Shown here: positions 10,815 through 22,303 of the stretch, piece by piece
Layout: each line of letters begins with the position of its first letter
Position numbering within the stretch: the stretch's first letter is position 1
Assembly (NCBI GenBank): GCA_021613535.1
Contig: CP075494.1
Span: 14,694,001 to 14,758,000, forward strand
Reading direction: 5' to 3'
From: Adineta vaga
Taxonomy: Eukaryota; Animalia; Rotifera
Length of the DNA stretch: 64,000 bases
Position numbers and translations under genes: made by a program
Notes under the pieces: model-generated
The model's input: the letters and a program-made list of their open reading frames with translations, nothing else
What the model was told of the DNA's origin: nothing
The model's database searches: none

Positions 10815-13466
10815 ATTTTCGGATTTGAATTTATAAGATGCATATGTCAAATTAATCAACATCATGTCATATAAATTTGGTTGCGTAGGACCATATTGAC
10901 GTAATAAATTTACTGATAAATAACGAAATTATGGAACACACGATAATAAACAAATCAATTGATTACAATATATTGAATTATCAACGAGTATAAATATTCC
11001 ATTGAGCTATATGAGAAAGTCGTAATGTATTGTGTATATTTCGGAAAGTATAGAAGCAATTGATCTCAAATTGTGTCGAAGGAAAATAATATGAAAGTGT
11101 TCCACAACAGATTTTTAATCTTGAGAGAATCTGAAATAAAACATAGTTTCTCGTAATATTAACGTAAGATGCGATCAAATGAGAATTAAATAGGTTTCGA
11201 AAAAAACAGTCGAGTATTCCAGAAGGTCTTCTATTGTAAAACTAGATTTACATAAATGAATAGACAACATTATTCTATAGAAGAATAAAATAATAGGGAT
11301 CTATCGAAAGACGATAATGAGAAGGGTATATCACATGATGCTTTAAAGAAATATTACCTTAGAAGACAATGATCAAAAAAGATTAGAACACTTATGATAA
11401 TTAAATGAAAATAGAGTTGCTCTAATAAATTACTGCTTGTCTATAAATAAGAAACAAAATGAGTAGAAATATAGATGAGATTTACGGAATATTCATTTTG
11501 AATTTTGTTCTCATTTCGTAAGTCTAAATATGGAAGTTTTTTTATCTCTTTTGCCATGAAAGTAGAAAAGAAAAACTTCTTCTACGCAAGACATCAACAT
11601 TATTATTTGTTTTCATTAGAATTTAAAACATTGAAAAAAGAACGAACAATCATATACTCTATAATTTTGGTCAAAATGTATATGTTTTCTGATAGAAGAG
11701 AAAGCTTTTATCTGGCAACATCAAGTATTAAAAAATGAAGAAAAAGAGTTTATTGAATTTTTTGTATGGATTCAATAGTTATTTACCTAATTATGACAAC
11801 GGATAATATCCGTTTACAATCGATTATTTTAAAATTTACAAGCTCGTCTTTGAATGACGTTTGATAATGTCTTCATTTTTATCTTGGTTATGATGCAACA
11901 CTCGTTTGAATTCTCATTGTTTGGATGCTGTGAAATTGTGCAAAGGTTACACGTAACTATTATATGAATTCGATATTTTTTACAAATATATTTAGAGCAT
12001 TGCAATCAAAATTGATTAAATCAAACCAAACAAAGTTTATCATTAATTTTGTTATCTCTTTTCGATTAATGTTAGATATTATTTGTTAATTCACGTCAGA
12101 TATAATCCTATCTTTGTTAAAATACCAATATTATATGAAAGAAAATTTCCATTCAGTGTAAATATGACAATTATATACTTCATCAATATATTCATAGTCT
12201 AAAAGTCAGTGATCAATATGCCATTGGTTCAATGAAACAAATGTCATGATACATGCGTCGGTGGTATATTTTAGAACAATGTTCATCACAATCGATGAAT
12301 TCAGAAAGGCAGTTCACATTGATTTCTCAAAAAAACAAAATCGTCAAATTAGATAAAGAAACTATTTTGGATGTACATTCAACAACTAAATGTTCATTAC
12401 CATGTGTAATTATTTGAATGCACAGCATGAAAAGCTTCGATAGATCTAGTATAGTCGGTTTCATCGACACCGATGATGAATATATTCAAAAAGAAATATG
12501 TGTAAACTTAAGACAGAACGACTTTACCACTCGCGAATTAATCAAACTCTTGTAATTCTGAGAATGATAATGAATAGGAAAGGGAATATAAGTACGGGTC
12601 ACTATGTAAACATGAAACACTCTTTGTGTTTACAAATGCATTTCGCCGTCTTTCATTGAAGTTCGAATATATCGGAAGTTGGATCCAGATGCGATTTATA
12701 TCCTAAATTGTGTCTCTACACATTTGTTAGTTGAGACTGAGATACACTCTTTTCTCTAAAACTTTCTTTTTTTATCTTGAAAGATGTACGAATACAAAAT
12801 ATCTTTCTATCATTAGACATCAAACGTCAAATAAAAGATGCAACTAAATAAAGTTGTCAAACTCGTCATCCACTTTATCTTGACGTCAACCCCAACTCTC
12901 TAACGTTACAAATATAGTAACGATTTGTGAGACACTCAGACTTTAAACTAAACTCTCTATTATGAGAAATATTCAAAATAAAGTTCGAAAGAATATTTTG
13001 CTACGTTTTCATGCACAACAGAATGTTTAATAAATGATTTTCCAGTCGTTCCCAATAGATCAGCGATGAGAATAAGTCCAGCGGACTCATTAAAAGGCTC
13101 ATAAGACGCATCGACGGTCGTCCTTCTTCTTCATAACATTTCCACTATTGAAAATTTTTCAGAAGACATTATATTAAGAGTAGACAGTTTCACAAAATAT
13201 CGTATGATACCCATCAAACTTCACCTAATAAATTATAGTGCATTTCAAACACGGGATTTCGCTATTTCGGACATACACAAATCATCAACTTAGATGACGA
13301 ACACATCTCACACGGTCGGGAATCGAGAGCTTGAAACAAAACACGTTATTGTACGATAAATACGACTTTTCCAAGCACACTGTGTATTCATTTCTCACCA
13401 TATCGGTTTCCTCTGAAAAAATTCTCCAGAAAAGAGCACTAAAAAACAATGTCCCTCAAGTCCAAA

Positions 13467-15775
13467 CTACAACGTCGACCTATTTCCAAAAGCATTTCGG
13501 AGATACTTTCTTTCTTTGTCGCCGATTTCATTGCCCGGGAGATCTAGTGTCGTGAGTGTCTATAGAGGAGAGAGAGCATGGATGTGTCAATTAGGACAAG
13601 AGCAAATGAGTATTACTGTGTTTATTCGCAAGGCATCACAAATATCTTGTGCTCCTTGATGACCGATTTGATTGAATCGGAGATTTAGTGTGGTGAGTGT
13701 CTATAGAGGAGAGAGAGCATGGATGTGTCAATTAGGACAAGAGCGAATGAGTATTACTGTGTTTATTCGCAAGGCATCACCAATATGTTGTGCTCCTTGA
13801 TCGCCGATTTGATTGTTCCCGAGATCTAGCGTGGTGAGTGTCTATAGAGGAGAGAGAGCATGGATGTGTCAATTAGGACAAGAGCAAATGAGTGTTACTG
13901 TGTTTATTCGCAATGCATCACCAATATGTTGTGCTCCTTGATCGCCGATTTGATTGTACCAGAGATTAAGCGTGGTGAGTGTCTATAGAGGAGAGAGAGC
14001 ATGGATGTGTCAATTAGGACAAGAGCAAATGAGTGTTACTGTGTTTATTCGCAATGCATCACCAATATGTTGTGCTCCTTGATCGCCGATTTGATTGTCC
14101 CCGAGATTAAGCGTGGTGAGTGTCTATATAGGAGAGAGAGTATTGATGTGTCAATTAGGACAAGAGCAAATGAGTATTACCGTGTTTATTCGCAATGCAT
14201 CACCAATGTCTTGTGCTCCTTGATCGCTGATTTCATTGTTCTCGAGATTAAGCGTGGTGAGTGTCTATAGAGGAGAGAGAGCATGGATGTGTCAATCAGG
14301 AGAAGAGCGAATGAGTATTACTGTGTTTATTCGCAAGGCATCACAAATATGTTGTGCTCCTTGATCGCCGATTTGATTGTACCCGAGATTTAGTGTGGTG
14401 AGTGTCTATAGACGAGAGAGAGCATGGATGTGTCAATTCGGACAAGAGCGAATGAATATTACTGTGTTTATTCGCAAGGCATCACAAATATCTTGTGCTC
14501 CTTGATGACCGATTTGATTGAATCGGAGATTTAGTGCGGTGAGTGCCTATAGAGGAGAGAGAGCATGGATGTGTCAATTAGGACAAGAGCAAATGAGTGT
14601 TACTGTGTTTATTCGCAATGCATCACCAATATGTTGTGCTCCTTGATCGCCGATTTGATTGTACCAGAGATTAAGCGTGGTGAGTGTCTATAGACGAGAG
14701 AGAGCATGGAAGTGTCAATTCGGACAAGAGCGAATGAGTGTTACTGTGTTTATTCGCAATGCATCACCAATATGTTGTGCTCCTTGAGCGCCGATTTTAT
14801 TGTACCCGAGATCTAGCGTGGTGAGTGTCTATAGAGGAGAGAGAGCATGGATGTGTCAATCAGGAGAAGAGCGAATGTGTATTACTGTGTTTATTCGCAA
14901 GGCATCACAAATATGTTGTGCTCCTTGATCGCCGATTTGATTGTACCCGAGATCTAGCGTGGTGAGTGTCTATATAGAGAATATTTCTTTCGAGAATGTG
15001 GGTAAAGCAATCGGAACTTTAGAGTAATGTTTTTCAATTAGATATAGCATTATACAAGAGGTGTTGCGGTAGTGTGTGAAAGTGTTCGATCTGGGTTCAT
15101 GGAGTGAAAAGAGAAATCGTTGCTTGTCTGATGATTACTGAGGTAATGTGCGAATTGTCGGATGAGTAGAGTGAGTACTGTACTGAAGGTAGTGATACTT
15201 TTTTATTTCGAATTGGGTTGGATTGTTATTTTTAGATTTGGTTTGCGGAAGATCGTATTGAGTCGGGGCAGAATGTAAAAAAATTCATTCGATTTTATTC
15301 GGTGGGTTCATAGATAGCTGTTGCATTGTTTAAGTGTTGCATGGAGACATTTGTTTGAAACGGGAAAGGTGTTTTTATGCGGCGGTTTTATTCTTGTGTG
15401 GCGCATGAGTGCGCGCTGAATAAGATATATATTATATGTGCATAGATAGAAAAGAACAGGTGAGAGGAAGTGTGGTTTTAATAGCATGAGTCAATACTGT
15501 GTTTGGTTGACTCGTGGAAATTGCTTCGGAATTGTGAAATTTGTTTTTTCTTTAAGTGAACTGATTAAGTTAGATATTGCGAGGCTCATATGTGCTTGAA
15601 CGGATGAGAAAATAGGTAAAGCACTTTGCAAACTTACTTGATATGGATGATAAATATTCAGAATTTGATTAAAACGTTGGCAAACATTTTGCATTGAGCA
15701 AAATAGTGTAAAAGCAGACAGATGATCCAAAATTCGATAGACGAGTTCAATCGGTAATGTTGAAAATGTGTACAT
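13467..15775 (-). CDS. F-box plus RI-like LRR protein, about 356 aa (F-box exon 15775-15638; ten 84-nt LRR exons between 14969 and 13617; terminal exon 13559-13467)
   Basis: F-box MYTFSTLPIELVYRILDHL...VCQRFNQIL ends at a phase-0 GT. Each repeat exon reads like TLTTLDLGYNQIGDQGAQHICDALRINT between AG and GT. No stops occur until TAG at 13467. Confidence 0.88.
13524..14975 (-). repeat. Tandem repeat, 141-bp unit, about 10.3 copies (84-nt exon + 57-nt intron)
   Basis: Anchor ctata(g/t) recurs at 13560, 13701, 13842, 13983, 14124, 14265, 14406, 14547, 14688, 14829 and 14970, an exact 141-bp period with no indels. Confidence 0.98.
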
Positions 15776-16244
15776 ATTCGCTTTAAATTCCACAGAAGTT
15801 TGTTGAGAATACAAGCTATTGAAATAAATTTTGTTTGTTATGAAAAGAAATTCGCTTTCCTGATAGTATTGTATTTCTGTTATTCGAAAAAAATAATGAA
15901 ATTTGACGATTTCAACAAAAGCGAATAGCTCGTTTATGCAGAAAGATGGCGTTAACGTATGTACTGAGTGTAGTTTTGTCTAACGTGTGTGATTATCAGT
16001 GTCAGTATACACTCAAGATACGTATTTTTCATTAGTAATTTTTTGAGTTTTACAAAAGAGTTTGTTTTAAGAAAGGATATTTTTGCATGTGATATTCAAC
16101 AAAAGTTCAATCAGAAAAGGAAATCTTTGCGTGTAGATACCGATAGTCTCTACTTTTCACGCTCACGCTCCATACCCTCATAAACCATAATTTCATTCTC
16201 TTAGTTCGACGTAAGGCAATTTTTATTTCAAACACGTCTATCCT

Positions 16245-16380
16245 TAAAGATCTTAACAAGAAAATTATTTGAATTAAAGAAAACAAAGCCGGTTCATCTT
16301 ATCGTGATGTGCGAGATAAATGTTTTGTATGAACAACTGGTGGTGTATCAAATATTCTCAAAAGATAAAGAAAACACATG
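16245..16380 (+). pseudogene. Degenerate pogo/Tigger-like transposase N-terminal HTH fragment
   Basis: Translates as IKENKAGSSYRDVRDKCFV*TTGGVSNILKR*, resembling a CENP-B/psq-type HTH, with stops. Confidence 0.5.
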
Positions 16381-16769
16381 AAAATATGAACTAAGTTCGA
16401 GTCTGACTGTCACCGAGTTAACTGAGACTGTTTCATATCTATGCCACCGTATCTCTAAGACGTTCTTATAAGATTTGCTTATTCCACTACGTTTTTCGTT
16501 GATTCCAATAGTGTTCAAACTAGACAAATTTTACTGTACTTTATTTTTCTCAAACCTGCTACGGGTTCGATTCTACCTATGTGTTCATTTATTGAATTAT
16601 CATCTCTAGAATGATCAATAGTTTCTATTTCAATATTACTAAACTTTTAATGATTGTATGAATAAATAACGACCGACTGATTGTAATCTCATATTATATC
16701 TATCGAAATCGCGTACTTAGCTCGTACTGAAGGGTAGCGCAATATTTTGATCTTGCGCAGCCTTTAACT

Positions 16770-18548
16770 TTTAACCCTTGATCCTATCCTTACTCTATTC
16801 TCGGTTTCCGATGTTTAAGACAGTCTTGAAGAAAATGGTTTTTTGACCTTTGACACTGACACAAAGCGCACAGAAACTTTTTTCCCATATGACGCTCCTT
16901 TCTGTAGAAGGAATAAGGCGTGGGTGTAAGTGTTCCTTGATAGAGTACGCACATACATACATCCACACAAGGGGAAAAGGCGGATCCTGTATCCTCATAG
17001 TTTCTGCGATCACACAGTTCATGATGACCAATGATAACCCATGAGGGTCCGAAAGTTTTATAGGATTTGGGTATCCAGGATCCGCTTTTCCCCCCTTGCA
17101 GACCCACACCCTCAACTTCTACTGAAAAAACATTTCTTCAATTAACCCAGTAGCTTCATTAAAGAATTCACAGTCAGAATTTTTTCTTTCATGCTTAATA
17201 ACAGGTTATTTTCAGTTTCGCAATAATTATAATAATTGTTTAGAATTATGAAAAGCTAACATCAGATTTGAAATCCTCGACTTCGATTACTTTTGGGTAA
17301 ATCATTTACAGATGATTATTAGTAAATTTTCATGAATTTTTATATTGTTGCCATCTGACTGGATTAGACAAATAACAAATAACAATTAATTAATTACGGT
17401 TCATAGAAAAATATTTTTGGGAAAGGAACCCAAGATTCGTATTCCTCGATCTCGATTACATACGACGAATCGTTGTCCGATGACTAGGGGTAAGTTTTCA
17501 TCGATTTATACGCTGCTTTCACCTGATTGGCTTGGACAAACGCACAAACTTTAAGCATTTTAACGACCCTATTTAAAAAGCATATAACCCATTTTTTCAG
17601 AAAAGTGAAAAAAATTCTATCAAATGATCTGATGTATAATGGTCGACCACGAAAAGATGTTTAACCCTTTCCAGCCGGATGTATCCATATGGATATATTT
17701 TGCCGTAGGGGGTGCGGCATTTTCCAAATAGCCGGTCGGAAAGGATTGAAAAAGCTGACATAAGTATCGTACCTATTCTGTCAATTACTTGAAGTGCAGT
17801 TTTTTCTATCAATTCCTTACCAAATCCTATACTTAGAAGTCGTAAATGATTCAAATGGCGCAGGCAGTCCACGAACAGAAGTCCATTGATTAGTTTCTAG
17901 CACCATTTTGAAGGGAGATATACACTGAGATATTTGTCGTGGAGAGAGCTGTAAATGACAATGGTGGAATCGATCACATAGAACTAGCATCATATTCAAA
18001 TTCGTTAGTATCGATAATTTTTTATAGAATTTGACCAAACACTCATGAAACATTGAGTTTTCTGGGAGGAAAAGATCAAAATAGGTCTCAGATATATAAT
18101 TCATCGAAAGCTAAATTGGATTCGAGATCCTCGATCCTGATTACCGTTCGGTCGACCCTTACATTGTAGTATAATAACTTATAATTAGTTAATTAGCTAA
18201 TTAGTTAATTCATCAATCAGAATTTCGGAAAACTAACGTCAGATTCGAGATCCTCGACCTCGAAAACCGTTCGGTCAATCCTTACTCCAAAATCATTGGA
18301 TACTCATTAGTTAATTATCTAATTAGGTAGTCAATAAGTTAGAATTTTGAAAAACTAATATCAGATTCGCGTTCCTTGACCTCGATTACCTATGATTAAT
18401 TATTGTCTGATGACTCGAGGTATGTTTTCATTGATTTATAAGCAGCTTTCACCTTATTGGCTTGGACAAACTCACAAACGCACAAACTTTAAACATTTTA
18501 ACGACCCTATGTAACGTGCCTATAACCCTTTCTTTCAGAAAAGGGAAT
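16770..18548. mobile_element. Composite non-autonomous repeat(s), possibly Helitron/Helentron-derived
   Basis: 22-bp inverted repeat at 16968-16989/17076-17098. Five copies of a (t)tcgagatcctcgacctcga-like motif. A ~135-bp direct repeat (17474-17608 and 18404-18548) ends in the hairpin ccctttct-ttc-agaaaaggg. Confidence 0.5.
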
Positions 18549-18766
18549 AATCCTTTTTTACTATATTCTTAAAAGCTATATATAATTAGTAGATAAAAAC
18601 GAATTGTCGATTGATACGAATAAATGCGATAATTTCGGTTCCACGACATTATCGCGCAATTTTTTTGGCTAGTTTACGGTTCATCAATAAGCTTTTTACT
18701 ACTATTAATCAGAGAATAGTGTTCCTTTTTTTACTAGTCAGTTCATTCAGATGAAACAGGATATCA

Positions 18767-19173
18767 TACGGCTTGCCCAAGTGTAACGCTGCGTGACAGT
18801 TTTTTTGTTGAACGTTTTTTAGGCACTTAGCATAGTTCCTTCGATATTCTTGAACATTCTGTCTGAGAAGGGATTGATGCGCTCTTCTAGAAGTCTGTAT
18901 TCTGAGCAGTAAGTTTGAAAGTCTACATAGGAGACCAAAATTTGCCTTTGTCTAGAAAGCTGAAAGCCAAATAACTCATCTTGTAGCGAGTGAAATTCTC
19001 TATAGAATCATATGTTCCACGACATATTTTGAAGAAATTTTCTGCGTATGATGTCCAAATGCGGTTTTTGAGAAGCCTAAATCGGGTTTGTTACATGAAA
19101 AGCTGATTTTTTCATTAAATGATTGGCAGAGTCATAATCAGCGACGTGTCGCGTTACGTCGACAAGCCCCGTA
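18767..19173. mobile_element. Tc1/mariner-like MITE (~400 bp)
   Basis: TA-flanked imperfect TIRs: tacggcttgcccaagtgtaacgc and gcgttacgtcgacaagccccgta. Confidence 0.5.
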
Positions 19174-19379
19174 AGGAATAATTGGATTAGGTAATAATAA
19201 GTACATAACTATAATTGAATCATCAATAAGAAGAAAGTCAAGGAAACGATCAACTTCTTCTTGATGGCTTTCGGTATCGCCGAGATAGGACAGTATAACG
19301 TTGTGTACAGGACAAGTGTAAAGGTCGTGTTCATTTCGATGGAATTACATTTAAAATTTACCAAGATCATGTACGTCAG

Positions 19380-20060
19380 GCGCCACATCCACACGAAATT
19401 AGAACGAAAGCCTCAGAATGTCATGATTCACCAAAATTAATAATACACAAAGCGCGACTTAAATTATCTTCAGGTGCTGCTATTACTAGTCCTTAACACA
19501 ATGTATCACTACATGTTATTCCATTAACTTTTCAAATGACTATTACCAACCAAAAATTTATTTTATACGATAGTAATGATGATAATCGTCGACTCTTGAT
19601 ATATGCTATCAAAGAACAATTAGATTTTTTAAATTAATCTGAGAGTTGGCATTGCGATGGTACATTTGCTCTAATTATATGAAATATATTTGAAATTGAC
19701 AAACAACATGTTACACGTAAACCAAAGTACATTTCAATCGATTTTGAAAAAGTAGCTAAAGATGCGTTTAGTATTATATCCTGATTGTGAAATATTTGGC
19801 CGTTTCATCGATTTTAAACAGTGTATCTGGAGACATATTTGTGTAAGTTTATTTCATTCATAATGAGTTATATGAATTTTCCTTACAGTTGATGAATGTT
19901 TTGATTTTTTGGCTGGAACTATACTTGAAAAAAGAATTTCTTGAAAATGATGTTAGTCGCTGCACAATGAAAATTCAGCTGATCTTGCATTCATTCCACC
20001 ACAAAATGTTATTAAAGAATTTGTGCGAATAAAAGAAAATGCATCAGATAGTAAATAAAA
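19380..20060 (+). pseudogene. Mutator (MULE) transposase remnant
   Basis: Broken frames give RRLLIYAIKEQLDFLN*SESWHCDGTF (19647-19667 for WHCDGTF), KPKYISIDFEK, FKQCIWRHI and LAFIPPQNVIKEF, typical MULE DDE motifs. Confidence 0.8.
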
Positions 20061-21059
20061 CTTTGTATAAATATTTAAATATTTAATCGAAAATTCTTCC
20101 TTTAGAAAACATTTTATTCTATTTATTCAGGAAAAGACCCCAGATGATGTTGTCGATAACGGAATTCCATCAGTTCCACAATCACAATTACCAGTATCAC
20201 CACATATAAGATTTTATTATCTCTAGATGATCTAATAACTATTCAACAATGGAGTGGGTGATTGGATGGTTACTGTAATGGTTGTATCATTGGGGTGCGT
20301 GTTTCAAGCAAAAGACGCCATGTTCACTTTCATATCGTGTGGTTTGTTTATGGTAATTGGTGAGAAAGAGCTAAAAAACATAAGCTTTGGCGATATGGTC
20401 TAACGTCAATTGTCTTATCACTTATGGCTGTTTTAATGGTTAAAGTAAATCAAATCTAATAAAAATTAATATTGACTTTTGTTTGTAAAGAAGTTTTGTA
20501 CATTTTCTTGATTAATTATTTGTTAATTAAATGTCTGTTCTTCTATCACTAAATAAATGATCAACGTCAGATTATATCTGTTGTTTAAAAATATTTAAAA
20601 CATATTAAGGATAAGCCATGATAGTAACAAGAAAACATGATTGTGGTAAAAACTAATCTATGTTAGCTATCGTCTTTCTCTCTCTACGAATTAAAAGAAA
20701 TATTCTGGTGATTTACTCTCTTATCATGTGAACTGGTAGACTCGAGTTTTTGCAATGTATTCTGTATTCAGAACTTATTATAATAATTTTTACTGCTCAT
20801 CTTTTCTCCGCTTCTTCTTTTCACTATCTCATATGATAAAACGCGTAAAATCAGAGATGTGATGAGTATTCGCTCAACTAATATGCGCACTCTTAGATTA
20901 AGAGCTTGACTTATTCTTCCAATCGATATGAAAATTGATCCGTGATAAGTGTTTTTTAGTGAAAATACTTCACAAACTTAATTCATATTCTGATTTTTTT
21001 GTAAATGAAATAGAATCAAGATAAGAAATTTATGATATATTAATGTTCTTATCATTTCT

Positions 21060-22303
21060 TTAATTTGAATTAATTTTATTTCGAATCCAGCTGAGATATG
21101 TACTTGTTCGCGTATATACTCCTGGATAGTTGGACAGAGCACAATCAGCTCCGAAACTTACAACACCCGACAAATGCCATTGACCATTACTATTGAACAT
21201 CAATGGACCACCACTATCACCTTGACAACTATCTTTTCCTCCAACATAAGGCATACTAGCACCAATTTGTCGTTGAACATCGAAGTATGCTGGATAGGCA
21301 GCTTTTGCTTGAGCATTTGTTACTTTCACAGTGACTTGTCGGAGAGCATTCGGTAATGCACTACCTTTATATGTTGATCCCCAACCAGCTGCTGTCACCG
21401 ACATTGATTCTTGTGGATCAGGTCCTGGTAAACAAATCAAACTAACATACGTATTTAGTTGAACTGGTTGTGCTAAGCGAAGAATAGCAATATCATGAGC
21501 TTGAGTAACAGAATTGTATTGTTCATGCATGAAAATACGTGAGACACCAATGTTTTGTGTACGTCCATTATTTTTATTTGATCGTTCATGTAAACCAGCA
21601 ATGACACGAAGTTGACTACTGCTAGCTGATGTTAAACAATGAGCAGCTGTAAGCACGTGACGTGTATCAATCAAGGTTCCACCACAGAAATGATCGCGTA
21701 CTTGCAATGAAACAATCCATGGCCATGAATTGGGTGTTGCTTCGATTCCACCAACAATACGTTGAGTGGTTGGAGTGATAGATTGACGACCACACGTACT
21801 ACTTGATCCCATTGATGATGTTGTTGTCGGTACTGTTGCACTCGTTGTTTGTCCAATACTTGTCTTCAAACAACAGTAACGAACTTTATAATCTGTACAT
21901 AGTTTCTGTTTATATCCTTCAACTTGTTGATTCAAACATAAAAATCCATCTTTGACAGTCAAACGAAATAGATCACCAGTTCCAACTGGATTTTCTCCTT
22001 TCACAGTTTGAACCTAATTCATTTTCACATTTATTAATGAATTAATGAAAGATCGATCTCTATTATAATTACCTCAATAGCAGCTGGTGCAGGACACATA
22101 AATAATGGAAAGTTTTGTTGAAGATGATTTGTGACTTCGAATTCACCATGTGAACTGCTTGGATCACCGGAATCAAACCAAGTTGTCCACTGATTATTTC
22201 CTGAACAAGTAGATTCTGTATAACTTGATGGATCAAAGATGCCTTGTGACGATCCACCAATGCTCAAATGTAATAATACGAATAGTGTTGCAATGATCTG
22301 CAT
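21060..22303 (-). CDS. Secreted trypsin-like serine protease with WxxW domain, copy 2 (intron 22014-22072)
   Basis: Near-identical to copy 1 across the mature protein and intron, with an intact triad and a different signal peptide. Confidence 0.93.

Noticed and set aside
11200-11460. Possible second degenerate HTH/transposase fragment
   Set aside because: Multiple stops and no convincing motif.
14001-14270. 89-aa plus-strand ORF in the array
   Set aside because: It is an antisense by-product of the LRR repeat, and equivalent frames in other units contain stops.
13524-14975. CRISPR-like or satellite interpretation of the 141-bp array
   Set aside because: There are no unique spacers or cas genes. 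The units resolve into GT-AG introns and stop-free LRR exons on the minus strand.
14970-15637. Extra coding exon(s) between the F-box and the first LRR
   Set aside because: The candidate acceptors I tried (near 15416 and 15178) run into stops or lack clear donors. The direct phase-0 join HPYQ|TLTTL needs no extra exon.
16790-18104. ORFs of 91-106 aa in the composite repeat
   Set aside because: No transposase, Rep/helicase or other recognisable motif, and they overlap in several frames.
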